The notes under the pieces are model-generated. The model was not told the origin of the DNA and did not search any database. It was given only the letters and a program-made list of their open reading frames with translations. The position numbers and the translations under genes are program-made. Of a stretch of DNA of 64,000 bases, positions 38,650-51,845 are shown piece after piece. Origin of the DNA: Octopus vulgaris (lineage: Eukaryota); NCBI GenBank assembly GCA_951406725.2, contig OX597814.1:13578001-13642000 (forward strand). Reading direction: 5' to 3'. Every line of letters begins with the position of its first letter. The first letter of the stretch is position 1.

Positions 38650-40045
38650 TAGATATGATTCGACCAAAGATTGGTCCAGGCCATGTCAAACTTAATAGCA
38701 CCACCTGATAGGATTATTCGAATCCTGTTTAAGTCAAGTTTTGTTCAAGTAGTGAGTTCTTGTTGAGTGAGTTGTATCCAGTTTTGTTCAAGTAGTGAGT
38801 TCTTGTTGGGTGAGTTGTATCCAATTATGGGTGGCTTATCTGGCATTCTTTGAAGGAATCTATCCAGACTCTGTTTAAAGTTGATGGGATCCTTTTCCTC
38901 TTTGATCTCTCTCGGGACAATGTTAAATAGGGCAAGGGCTGTTGAGGAAAAGAAATTATGTTGCAGTGTACATGTATGTTGTGATCTTGAATTGGGCAGG
39001 GGACGTATAGCCCGTGGTCCAAGTATTGGATGAACCTTGAAGCTAATGTTTAGGTCGTTTGAGCAAAGTTGGCGGTATATTTTCCACATCGTACAAATGA
39101 TGTACCGCTCACGGCGACGCGGTAGGGAGTAAACTTTCAAGGCTTTAAGGCGATCCCAATAATCGAGAGCAGCCATGCCTTCAATGCGTTTAGTTAGTGC
39201 CCTCTGAGGTGACTCAATTCTGGAGATGTTTTGTCTTGTGTGAGGAGACCACAGTGGGCAGCAGTATTCAAGGTGTGGCCGTACAAAGGAGGAAAAAAGT
39301 GGTATGATGACACCTTGTTCTCTGGACCGGAAAGTTCTTAAGATCCAGGAACTCATCCTACGAGCTATATCGACCTTCTTGGTGATGTGTGCACTCCAAC
39401 TGAGATCGTCAACAACAATTACACCCAAGTCTCTGATATTGTTAGAGGCTGTGAGCGGTCCCCTGAAGGAAGAGAGTATGGTTGTTTTAGTGAGGAGTTT
39501 CTTCCAAAATGCATCAGCTCAAATTTTCCCTCGTTCAGTTGCATTTTGTTTCTGTCTGTCCATTGACTCACAGCATATAGATCAGACTGGAGTTGAGTTC
39601 GGTCTGCTTCTTCATTGACGATTTGCTGGAGCTTGGTGTCATCAGCAAATATTTTCCCTTTGCAGTAATGTACGACACTGGAAAAGTCGTTTATGTAGAT
39701 TATGAAGAGTAGCGGACCCAAGACAGTCCCCTGGGGGACACCGCTGGTGACTTTTGCTGGGCTTGAGTGGACTCAATCAACTACAACATGTTGTGTTCTA
39801 TTCGCCATGAAATACTTGATCCAGTGTAGAACTTTTCCACGGATTCCAACATTTGCCAATTTTGAGAGTAGGATATTATGGTCTACCCTGTCGAACGCTT
39901 TACCGAAGTCAAGATATATGACATCAGAGTTCGAACCTGTTCCCAAGGCTTTGAGTACATCTTCAATGTGGTGTAGGAGCTGTGTTAGACAGTCCCTGCC
40001 ACAGCGAAAGCCATGCTGATTTGCATTTAGGAGTTTCTGGGTCTC
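38646..40045 (-). mobile_element. 5'-truncated CR1-clade LINE (RT pseudogene)
   Basis: QHGFRCGRDCLTQLL, DVIYLDFGKAFDRVDH, SGVPQGTVLGPLLFIIYIND, FADDTKL, RPHLEYCCPLWSP; frameshifted. Confidence 0.92.
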
Positions 40046-40161
40046 CTATATATAACGAAACCGGTAATATTTTCTTTATATAATTTTTAAAATCAATATT
40101 ATTAAATTCCCTCTTAAAATGAAATGTTTTAGACTTACTTCTGTGCTATTTTCATCTCCGT

Positions 40162-40198
<37 letters not shown>

Positions 40199-40199
40199 A

Positions 40200-40450
40200 A
40201 TGGCAGCGTGGAAGGTGTTTATAAGCCATTTTAGAAACACACAAAACCGTGAGATTCACTTCAACACTTAAATTTAATTTTTCAAAATATTTCGGTCGTT
40301 TTGAGACTGCGACCTGTTCACTGACAAAGCTTCGTGCTGCATCTGAGAAAGTAATAGTTAGTTCATGATATATATGTACGTATGTATGTGTGTGTGTGTA
40401 TGTGAGTATTTAGGAGAGTGTGTAGACGTGTTTGTGTATGTGTACATGTA

Positions 40451-40495
<45 letters not shown>

Positions 40496-40690
40496 ATGTA
40501 TATATATGTATGTATATAACAATTGAATAGAAACAGAAAATTAAATGATACTCACGGGATTCCTTGTTAATCAAAACAATCGTTTCGACCCATCTTGCAT
40601 AGATCCCACGTGGGTGAAATGTTATAGCGCTGGTTACGTTGCATCCTTCGGTGCTGATGTGCCGCGTTAAGTGACATTTCAAAAGATTCT
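40200..40690 (-). mobile_element. Probable 3' end of another Penelope-like element
   Basis: Weak GIY-YIG C-terminal-like peptide (HLTRH..RWVETIVLINKE), a microsatellite-containing UTR and a hammerhead-like motif; ends at (TA)n. Confidence 0.5.
40278..40328 (-). ncRNA. Minimal hammerhead ribozyme-like motif (G3-C8 variant)
   Basis: TTTGTCA-GTGAACA-GGTCG(CAGTCTCAAAA)CGACC-GAAA-TATTT-TGAAAAA. 5-bp GC-rich helix II; helix I has one mismatch. Confidence 0.65.
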
Positions 40691-41417
40691 TCGTTCAACA
40701 AATTCGGTTTCATTTGTTTTGATTATACAGAATGTCCTTATTAGATTGTGGGTGCTTTCAAATGACATATAAACGTACATACTTCATCCACCAATGGAAG
40801 TTCTGAAGCTCAAAATACTACAAGATGACAGGAAATATCAATGTAAGGATCAATACGATAAAAATGTAACTGTTTCTATTGAGAAGTATGGCACTTTTTG
40901 AACTAAAATAAATTTATTACTTGAATTCGTATGAAAAGGATACCAGTGAAGAAATCCTTACTACCATAAAAATTTAAAGTACTTGTGAGGCAGTTTGGTA
41001 GCATATCTATGATATAACATTGAAATAGTAAAAAAAAACGGAAATTATTAACTAAAAAAATGGGGAAATGTTTGCCTTCTTGTTGAGATCGCTCACATTT
41101 TGCGCAATTACATATGCAGCATAAATTTTATTCAGTGGACAATAGAGAAATATTCAGAAAGTGAGCTCTCCAACTTATGGGATGAACACTAAAAGTGTTG
41201 ACGAAACTCATGAAAAGGAAATTGCCTGTAATGTTGCTTTGCAATAGCAATATCAAAGCAGACCTTCTGTGTATGTATGATTCAATAAAGCTAAAACATC
41301 GATATGATCAAGATATCATTGACATTTGACTGGTTATTGCCTAGATCAAGATTGAGAATCTGTCGACTAGTAACATTCCCTACACCGCCATTCTAGTTAT
41401 GCTACTCCAAAATATGT

Positions 41418-41716
41418 AAAGTATAATAGCCATCTCAATATGGCTAACCACAAAGTGTGGATGTTACTGTAGCTTTTATCCCCAGGAGATCATCGTCTCC
41501 AGCTGGCTTTAGGCGCACTATCTGTGCCCTTATGGTATTTGCAAAGGGTCCGGTGTGTATCACTTAGGCTTACGAGAAACGGATGACCTCCCTTTGCAAA
41601 TACCATAAGAGCCCAGATAGTGTGCCTAAAGCCAGCTGGAGACGATGATCTCCTGGGGCTAAAAGCTACAGTAACACACTTTGTGGCTAGCCATATTGAG
41701 ATGGCTATTATACTTT
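41418..41716. repeat. Foldback inverted repeat (~130-bp arms, 41-bp spacer)
   Basis: 41418-41548 is the near-exact reverse complement of 41590-41716. Confidence 0.9.
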
Positions 41717-42438
41717 TCCTTGTCGAGCGGTTACTGTTTACATCTCATTCAGAGATTTAATAATACTCCAAAATAGTTTGCTTGAAACGTCATATAGTCT
41801 TTAAAAAAGAAATCGCAGCATTCTGGGATAAGCGACGATAGATATATGAATAATTTAACATACGGAAAAAGATTCATTTATAGTAGATAGGTGTATACGA
41901 GTTAATTCACATCATTATATATTTAGTATTTTTCAATAAACTTTAGAATGAAAAAATCTACAAATCAAACTGTGTGTTAGAAGGGAATGATAAGATAACT
42001 ATAATGATATATATTTTTGTTACAACGTGTTATTTAAAATCAAGTTCAAAGTTAGTGTAAGATGTTAAGTTATACTACATGTAATGTTATCGTATTGTAT
42101 TTTATGGCTAGCAGTAAAATTAACTCCACCGCCAAATTAAACGCGAAACGATATATAAGATACTAATCCTAATACTTGCTTAAATATTTCCATTAATTCT
42201 AAAGAAAACATTCACTTTACCTGAAGTAATAATAACCTATACTTATTTATTTTGTAGCAAGAAATGAATTGTTGTCATATACCCCTCCTTACACATTTCA
42301 ATTAGCGTTCACCAAAGCTGGACAACTGTTAAAAATTTGTTCAAAATTCGTAATGATTATTTTTATTAGCAAATACGAATGAGTTCAATTTTGCAACTTA
42401 TTGTGTATACAGTAGAATAATTTGTTCTAAATACAATA

Positions 42439-43844
42439 CATTGAACTGTTGAAGAAACGCGATGTTTTAAATGTTATACATGGCTACTTCTCAAAATTTA
42501 TTTCGGAAATGTAAGTGTAAATATTCCAAGACATGCTCGTTTAAGTCTGAGACCGACATTGCGGGTATCGTTTCAAATTTCCCTAAAGTGAGACGCCAAA
42601 ACGCAGCTGTATTGAATGCCGCGATTGGCAGTCGCACACAATTGTCATTAAAATCGGAATGCGTAAAAATCAACTTGAACCGCGTTCCTTTCATTAGTAA
42701 TTTGAGGGCATCTGATATGACCCAATTGTCAGCAGCACAGGGAGAACAATCTATCGGCACATCTATCGCCTGCAACAACGACACAACACAAACCGCATGG
42801 CCGCAGAGGGCATCTCAGGGTGAACACGCCTAGGCAGGACCGATTCATTCACCTGCAGCACCTCCGTCATCGCTTCATACCGCCAAGCGTGACCTTTCGC
42901 GTAACCATTGACACTGGACAGCGACCCATCAGCGAGGACACGGTGCGACGTCGACTGGCCGCCAACAACCTGCGTTGACATCATCCGGTCCGAGGTGACG
43001 TTTCTGTTCTCATCGCCCGCCACCGTCAGGCACGATTATCGTGGGCTACATAACGCCGACCTTGGCAGCATCAACAAGGGCGATCAATAGTCTTCTCTGA
43101 GGAGAGACGGTTGTGCGTTTTTACCCCCTCGGGTGGCAGAGTGACGGTGTGGCGTTAGAGATGCATGTGTAATGTATAGAGACGCCTGGAGTGTCCAAAG
43201 CATCATGGTTCGGGCTGCTATCGGCCGGAATCCGAAAATTGGGCCTCATGTGTTCCAAAATATTGGTGCAGACAGAGTCATCAGCGCAGATCTAGGTTGA
43301 GCAGATCCTAAGACCTCACATCGTTCCATTCTATGGGCGGCGCAAAAGCTGTGTGTTCCAGCAGGACAATGCTCCCTTCCACACGGTGAGGCTTAGTATG
43401 GGTTTCCGGCGGCAGCATATCAGAAACATTACGTGGACGGCTCTCAGTCCGGATTTGAACCAAATTGAACACATGTTAGATGAAATACACATACAGCTAG
43501 ACTAGGTGGTCCCAACGCCGACAACTCATGAGGAACTGGAGGCAGTTTTCCAGATGATGTGGGCACACGTGCCAATGGCTTTTGTGAACCGCCTCATGCA
43601 TCCATGTACCGACGATATTTGGCCGTTTTGAAAACCCAGGAACGGTATTGAACATGTTACGTCCTACAATCAAGATGTGCTGGATGCGCACACTACAAGA
43701 ACACATAACAACGACCCATACACTGTGTTCATAGTACATCCAAGTAATTGACTTTATGAGATTTATCAAAATATATCTCAGACAAAATGAATTTAAACAT
43801 ATTTCACACTCATACACGTATCACGTCTCTTTTGCGATTCAGTG
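42439..43844 (+). mobile_element. Degraded Tc1-like transposon (DD34E type)
   Basis: TPRQDRFIHLQHLRHRF, ISEDTVRRRL, IVFSEERR, FQQDNAPFH, SPDLNQIEH. Degenerate TIRs CATTGAAC..GAAACGCGAT / ATCACGTCTC..TTCAGTG with TA flanks. Confidence 0.88.
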
Positions 43845-44096
43845 TATTTGAATATGCAACTGTGAAAGAAGGTAGTCCGGTTTAATGAGAAATTACATAT
43901 TTGTTTCTTCTTTGTTAACGTGAAACCCTGTAATCGAAATATTAAGATGAACGTATATTTCGCAACAGATATTGGAGGAAACTTTTTCTCTTACAAACAA
44001 GAAAATATCTATGATTAAAGAGATGTATATACAAGGATATGTATATTTACACATATCCCAACACTCATAAATTGACACATACTGCATAGGTATATA

Positions 44097-44147
<51 letters not shown>

Positions 44148-44548
44148 GCTTTGAATATTAACCAACGTACATACGCAGAGGTTGCCTAATATATATAAAC
44201 ATCGGCGTACACATTCAACTTCACATACACCCACAGATGTAGACGCTATCATGAGAGACAAACAATTTCCACAATGGGCTTGACGAGTAACGATACACTC
44301 AAAGCATAGAAATATATCCGGGCTTTAAAATGTAGCTTCACACACACACATACATAAACACATATATATAATAATCTGAAACTAGGTAAAACCGTAACAA
44401 ATAGCAAGGTAAAAGCTTTTATTTTCCATTCCCTTCGGAAATTGCTCTTAAATGTGGTTTTGGTCGTTTTGACTGCTTCTTCTAGCTTGTAAGAATTACA
44501 TATTAAATGTAGATTTCTCTTGAGTTTAAATGTACAATATTTTATATT

Positions 44549-44594
<46 letters not shown>

Positions 44595-44758
44595 ATATAT
44601 ATGCACACACACACACGCATATGTATATATACATACATACATATATACAAGAAGAAAATATATAGGGTGTAGAACTATATCTATTTTATTAATATTTAGA
44701 AAAAAGCTAGTGTGACTCAATGACCGAGCGTCTCATGCGTTCGCAATTATCAAACCTG

Positions 44759-44848
<90 letters not shown>

Positions 44849-44876
44849 TGTGTGTGTCTATGTATGTATGTACGTA

Positions 44877-45669
44877 CACGTGCTGATCAATAAGTATCCG
44901 GTCTCTTGCCATAGTAATGAAGCTTAAGCAAGCAGATTGGGACAGATTGTTCAGAGAATCTGCATCAAGCTTGGTGGTATCTGCTCAAATGCCTACGCAA
45001 AGTTTTCAAGAAGTTCTCGTCGCTCTCGACACAGTGAAGTAGGTATTGTGTAACTACAAACCGAGTGTCATTTTGGCCAGCTAAAAGCGATTTTTGCAGA
45101 AACTTGGCGAGCTCGCGTCTCATACCCAAATTTTCAGAGATAATGGAGTGAACAGAACCATAACTAATCTGCCCCTCCCTTGATTACTCAAATATGGTGA
45201 TTCGATTATTTTTCTTAATAGCTACATGCACAGTTGCGATGCCTTCCTCAGTTCAGCTGGTTGCGGGAATCCCACAATGTTCGTCAATAACACTTTTTTC
45301 GCAATCTTGAAAGCGTCTGAACCACTCTTACACTTGCATGCGGATCATAGACTCCTCTCCATACAATTTCTGGAACCTTGCGCAGGCCTCTGAGCAGGTA
45401 CACCCTCTGTCATGGTCAATGCTACAATCAGACGCTACACTCCTTCATCCCAAGCATTGCAGAAAACAGCGGAAATGAGGTATACGTATTAGGTAGCCTC
45501 TGCGTAGTACTTTGGTTAGTATTTATGGCTGTGTATATATGCATTTGTATATATGTCACTGTAGCTTGCACATCAGAGCTGAAGGTCAATCTTTGCTAAG
45601 CAGGTTCACTCACCGTGCTTTAGCTATGTTACTATGGCAAAAGTCTAGATACTTATTGATCAGACTTCG
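44877..45669. mobile_element. Mariner derivative composed of two inverted 5' ends
   Basis: TIRs containing CTGATCAATAAGTATC..TTGCCATAGTAA at both ends. N-terminal transposase remnants lie on + (QRICIK) and - (KEWFRRFQD-like, ISYGSVHSIISENLGMR). Confidence 0.7.
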
Positions 45670-45709
45670 TATATATGTACGTACGTCTGCACGAACGCAT
45701 GTTGTACGC

Positions 45710-45900
<191 letters not shown>

Positions 45901-46604
45901 TTATCTCACTCTCTCTCGCTCTTTCTCTCTCTCTATCTATATATATAAATACACACATTTATATGTGTGTGTATGCTTTCGTTTATACAATTGCATATGC
46001 TTGCATGCATACCTCCATACACTTACATTGTTTTATTATTATTATGGCTGCCCCCTCGTTATCGAGTATGGCCATTGCACGAAGCTTAACTGTTACTGTT
46101 ACATATACATTCAGACATAAATACATGCATGCATAGCCAAGTTGACAAGTTATAACGGATACTGGCTGATCATTTGTGATCTTGAATTTTATGTTCTTTC
46201 AAATTTGCCTCGGTAGTGTTTCTTCCAAATATACACGATGTGGGCGTTGCTTTGTAAGAAACTGAATGTATCCTCCGGATTGCAGCATGTCATTAAATTT
46301 TAAAGGTGGTTATTTACATTTTTCGCTGGCATTAATTATAATGATTGTGGCCATGTTTTCTCCGTTTATCAACACTTCAATTATTTTCAAATACATTAAT
46401 ATTGTCAAGTAATTGAATGTTGGTTAGCATTGTTCCTAAGCTACAAACTATGGTAAGTTTAAGCTCAGAGTTTATTGGCCATCGTGCAGATAATGCCGGA
46501 TATGTAAACATTGAACACTGTACGTTTTTAACATAATCTGCTAATATCAAAGATGCTCTTGTCTCTACAGACAAAACCAATTGTATTATACATTATATAG
46601 ATAG

Positions 46605-49448
46605 CACTGGTCAACAACAACAAAAAATAAATTGAAATAGTGTCGAGACACCAATCACCTTTTTTAGCTTATTTGGGGGCACTGAATCTGAAAAAGGCTC
46701 TTACTTTTTCTTGGTTAACTACCATTTTAGCTGTAGAGAAATGCCTCGTTTTTGAAAAAAAAAATTTCAATTGTTTTCTGTATATTTGATTATTGATCGA
46801 TGGCAGGATTTCTCCAAGTAATATCGTAGAAACCTCTCAATTTGTATTTAAACCAACAAATATCGGTCTACTTATTGAGAAATGCTATTTTTGCAATAAC
46901 AATCCGTCTTTAAAAGTAGCAATAAGTCTTTGCTATAACAAGAAGTGTTTAAAAATAACACGATTGAATATACCAAGTCAAACAAGTATTTTCATCAAAT
47001 CATTAACGAAACTAACAGCAGAAATAAAACTTTCGTGAACATAAGAACTATTGTAAAAATGTTCTCTTTCTGGATTATCTGTCATGTTCAATGTTAAGTC
47101 ACTTTTGATTTTCCAGCAGTAGTCAGCCATCATTCGTTTGCCCCATAGTTGTTGGTAGAGCTCTTCAATTGTTTTGATATCCTTATGGAATTGTTCTCCT
47201 TGCTCACCACTCACATCGACGCAATTATCCAGAAATTTATCTACATGGCTATGTAAAAAAAGAACCTTAATACTCATAGTGCCTTTGTCCTGTAGACTTT
47301 TCAACAGATTTTCCAATAACTCCTGGTAGATTTCGGCCCGGCGATTGCCTAAGAATTTTTTTCCCACCTAAACAAATGATGTTCAGGTGCAAAATTCCAA
47401 TGCATTCATTGAATTAATAAATTCATCCTCCTTATTGTGTTTCCTGATATCAGGACCATCAAGCATTCCTGCTTTGAGATTTTCGGTGATAAGTCCTGGA
47501 AACGATTTATCTATATACTCAAAACATTTACTTTCTTTGTCGAGTGATTTCATTAATCCCAATTTGATATGCAAGGGTACGAAGATAAAGTTTTTCTTTC
47601 GGAACTATCGCTGCACTAGTAACGTTCTTTTCTTTGATTTTCAACTCTCGGGGTAGCCAATCACCCCTTTCCCAATGCTCCTCTTTTGCTCTACTGTTCG
47701 ACATACACAAAAAAATATCGGAATTTCGTGTAGCCACTTTGTTGACGAAGAAGGAAATTTACCATTTTGAAATCGACACATAACACCCATTTATGTTTGG
47801 TGTAGTCAATCTGTTTTATAACCTGTTTGATGGCATCATGTTTTTCCTTCAGTGTTGTTGAATGATCTATAGGTATTGGTGCACGCATGTTGGTATTATG
47901 GTGCAAAGCACATTTCAAACTACATTTTGAACTATCAGTGAACAATTTACATTACTCAGGATTGTATTTGTGGACCCCTAGTCGAAGAATTACACTCGCA
48001 ACATTATTGCAATGAACAAGATCCGTGTTCTCTTTAAAGAATGGTACAAAATCGGCTTCCCTATTTCGATAGAATGTTACGTTTGTGCCTTTTGCTACAG
48101 GTCTTTTCGTTGAGCCTGAAGGTCAGGACTGCTGATTGTTTGCTTAGATTTAAATCTTGAAACAAATCATTCAGCTAATTTTGGTTAAGCGGTTCTGGCA
48201 AGGTTTCGGGAACATAGTCAGGATCTTTTTCGTTGTGTCACTCATTTACAGCCGTATCAGACTCGTCACTTTCAACAAATCTTCGTGAAACACTGGGATT
48301 GGCAAATCATCTGAATGCGGCACTGGTCGAATAGCGGAAAGAAGACTGGGACAATCCATAGAACTGCGATTCTTTCGGACCCCTGACTGATCAGAAGTAA
48401 CATTCGTCAGAGTGGTTCTTTCGCCCACGGCAGATCATAGGAACAGCGAATCTCAGTAATTTTCGGGTACCTGAAGTCCACTGCATCCTTTGTTCCAAAC
48501 ATATCTTGCAAACAACGTGAGGAGCCCATGATTTGTCCCGATTATCAAGTTCTACGTAAAGGTAAGCACAATAGGCTTTTTTTGTCAAAGTCAGATATCG
48601 TTTTCCTGATGACTTTCGGTGTGAACTCGCCGCATATATGGCAAAATAAGTTGGGATAATTTTTGCATCCTCTCGTTGAAGCTATACCGTTTGATACCTA
48701 TCTCTATGATTAAAAAATGAGTATGCGTTGGTTGAGCATTTACATTACACTTTGCGTGTTCACATTTAAGTAATTTGATATTTTCGTAATGTCCTACGGA
48801 AAGACTCGTAAAACTGTCAATAACAAAAGATGGAAAGAGTCGTTACCCTGATTCTAATTCGTATCTCCGTAATCCCGCGAGGAGGGCAGATGTTATGGTG
48901 AAACCAATTTCATGTACAATGGAATAGATGCATTTAATTGGGATGTTGGAGATTTTTTTCCAGCTGTGAAAACAAATGCTCTTAATGTGCCTGGTTTCCT
49001 TCCGTATTGAAAGGATAAAAGTGATGGGATAAATTTATGAATATCAAACAGATTTTAGGGTTTCAGTTTTTTTATGTCAGGTTTACTAAAGTGTATTACT
49101 GATAATGTTTATCAGTTAATTTGAATTTTGGCAATAAATTGGAAATATTCGATACTTCTGCTTTAAAAGTTTTGATTCAAAAACACTTTTTTTACTTATA
49201 AAACTACTTTATTTCAAGATAAATGCCTCGGCCCACCTAAACATTTATGGGTTTCTATTACCTTTTTAAACTAAATTTTGTGATCAGCCAAGATCGTAAA
49301 TTGATCTTTTTTCCAAAAATGAGCAATTTCAGTACAGCAAAAACGGTAGCTAACCACGAAAAACTAAGGTCATTTTCGGAATCAGCACTATCAAATTAGC
49401 GTAAAAACGTCTTTTGTTTCTTGGCACCAAAAATCGTGTTGACCAGTG
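46605..49448 (-). mobile_element. Full-length, decayed Chapaev3-like (CMC/Transib-related) DNA transposon
   Basis: TIRs CACTGGTCAAC / GTTGACCAGTG with 3-bp TSD TAG. Transposase fragments: CKNYPNLFCHICGE, WAPHVVC, HSDECYF, FTDSSKCSLKCALHHN, HIKLGLMK, MSIKVLFLHSHVDKF..SGEQGEQFHKDI..MMADYCW. Confidence 0.85.
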
Positions 49449-50276
49449 TAGAAATGAATTCCAATTACGAGAAAGTCATAACAGATTTATAAAGTTAAGA
49501 AATATGCATGTGAAAGTTATGCCTATTGATCCTTCTCAAAGAAATAATAGTTTTAGTGTATAAAAAAATGTTTGTAAAACATATTTTGCTGAATTTACTT
49601 CCGAATATGAAGTATTTTTCCAAAATATATCGCATAAAACTATAGAAAGATATTTTTATTAAGTCAATACACGCGTTCTTTATATATTAAACAATAAATT
49701 CTCTAAAAAAAAAGCTCACTAAACACGCTTTATTGCTTAATATACAAGTGCTATTAATCTTTCTCTTTCGAACCTTCAGCCCACCCGAAAAATAACAATA
49801 TTTGGAATGCCGTTTCATATGCTGCTGACATAGCTCGAAGGAAATTTGCTAATAACAAGTATTCGCTGTGCAAGATTGCAATCTATATCGAAATACTGTG
49901 ATTTACGAAAGAACATTTCTAAGTTTTAAATGGTTCTCCTGATAATGATTTATATGAAATGAATATTGGTATTTATCAGGAAGAAATTGAAAAACCTATA
50001 AATCAATTTGTTTTACAATAATTCAATCTGTTAAGCGATACACAAACGTTAACACAAAATAGTATTTATCACGTAAGTTATGTGTCAATGAACTTCCCAC
50101 GAACAGAAACAGATGACTTAATATGTTGCTTACAGATACACATTACACGTAATCATAGGTTTTCGAAAAAATATATTTTCTGTTCTGTTGTGTCTGGGGA
50201 GAGTCATTCTCTTTTAGTGCCTTATTATTTAACACACTCACCGGTAAAATTTCTACTTATTTCTTATTTTTATTTT

Positions 50277-50317
50277 CTAAAATTTTCGTTGTGTCTTACA
50301 TACAACCTTTTCAATAA
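50277..50317 (-). ncRNA. Hammerhead-like motif (U3-A8), left arm
   Basis: TTA-TTGAAAA-G-GTTG(TATGTAAGACA)CAAC-GAAA-ATTT-TAG. Confidence 0.5.
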
Positions 50318-50368
50318 TCTTAACTCTGTCCGTTATTTACACTGTGTAAATAACGGACAGAGTCAAGA

Positions 50369-50405
50369 CTATTGAAAATGTTGCATGACGCAACGAACAT
50401 TTTAG
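50369..50405 (+). ncRNA. Hammerhead-like motif (U3-A8), right arm
   Basis: CTA-TTGAAAA-T-GTTGC(ATGAC)GCAAC-GAAC-ATTT-TAG; GAAA is changed to GAAC in this arm. Confidence 0.45.
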
Positions 50406-51185
50406 AAAATAAAAATAAGAAACAAGTGGAAATTTTACCGGTGGGTGCGTTAAATAATAAGGCACTAAAAGAAAATGACTCTCCCCAGACACAACAGAAT
50501 ATGCTTCAACACACGAACTCATATAAAGTATCTTGCAAACCAAATCCCAAAAACGAAATATTTTCTGTTATTTCTGTAAAGTTTGATTAGTTCAGGAAAT
50601 GGAAAATTATATAAATCTATGTTTTGCTTCGATAGAAATACAACGTTCTTCTTGAAAATTTATGCAGTCTGACCTGCCTCATTTTGTTGGGAAGTGAAAT
50701 TGTCATGTCAATATGAAGCGTTTTAAGGCATTATGTCTTCACATGCACTAAACGAATGACAGCATATATGATACACCAAAACTCGACAGCCGAAAGGAAA
50801 CGAAAATGGTATATTATGGTTCATTAAATTATTAATTTATTCCGCCCGTCCTAGATGCAGATGTATTGTTATTGGCAAGAGTATTCTGAGTAATTCCTAT
50901 TAACTTAGATAATGCAAAGAACCATAAAACATTTAAATTACTTTTAATTTATATTAGAACAAAATTTATTGTTGTGTGAGAAAGGTTATACTATATTGTG
51001 CAATCAGTTCAACAAGAGATTTAATACAAATTTCTAAACCGCAACTGACTTGCACCTATATGAATGGAGCATGTAGTTTATGATTGGTGGAGTCTATTCT
51101 CCGACAAGAGAAATTAGTTCGGCGCTCAAGGTAACAGAGCACTCACCATTTTAACAATTATGGCACTGCTTGTTAGTTGAGAGAA

Positions 51186-51570
51186 GGCGGCGAGCTGGGA
51201 GAAATGTTAGCACGCCGGGCGAACCGCTTAGCGGTATCTCGTCTGCCGCTATGTTCTGAGTTCAAATTCCGTCAAGGTCGACTTTGCCTTTCATCATTTT
51301 GGGGTCGATTAAATAAGTACCAGTTGCGCACTGGAGTCGATATAATCGACTTAATCCGTTTGTCTGTCCTTGTTTGTCTCCTCTGTGTTTAGCCACTTGT
51401 ATGTAGTAAAGAAATAGGTATCTCGTCTGTCTTTACATTTTGAGTTCAAATTCCACCGAGGTCGATTTTGCCTTTCATCCTGTTAGGGTCGATAAATTTA
51501 GTACCAGTTTTATACTGGGGTCAATCTAATCCACTGGCAACCTCCCTAAAAATTGCAGCCCATGTGCCTA
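51186..51570 (+). mobile_element. SINE family C with two ~184-bp internal units
   Basis: Head GGCGGCGAGCTGG..TTAGCACGCCGGG; GAGTTCAAATTCC at ~51258 and ~51442. Confidence 0.85.
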
Positions 51571-51668
51571 GTGTACAAAATAATATTTCTATTGAAAGAC
51601 ATAATCTTTGATTTAATTAATTTTAAAATAATAAAAAGTTTAGTAATATAAATGTTAAGCCAGTGTTA

Positions 51669-51845
51669 AGGCGGCGAGCTGGCAGAATCTTTAGGACGCC
51701 GGACGAGACGCTTACCAATATTTATTCTGCTGCTATGTTCTGAGTTCAAATTCCACCGAAGATGTCTTTGCCTTTCATCCTTTCGGAGTCGATATAATCG
51801 ACTAGCCCGTCTCGTCAAACATTTTCAAGACCTTGTGCCTAGAGT
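51669..51845 (+). mobile_element. SINE family C, short copy
   Basis: GGCGGCGAGCTGGCAGAATC..GAGTTCAAATTCCACCG..TTTGCCTTTCATCCTTTCGGAGTCGAT. Confidence 0.8.

Larger units (their letters stand above)
50183..50560. mobile_element. ORF-less palindrome of two PLE-like 3' termini, each with a hammerhead-like motif
   Basis: 50183-50499 is a near-perfect palindrome centred at 50343. The PLE origin and the extension to ~50560 are inferred. Confidence 0.65.

Noticed and set aside
44277-44310. TTGACGAGT..ACTCAAAG hammerhead-like string
   Set aside because: No GAAA, no helix I and no associated PLE coding remnant.
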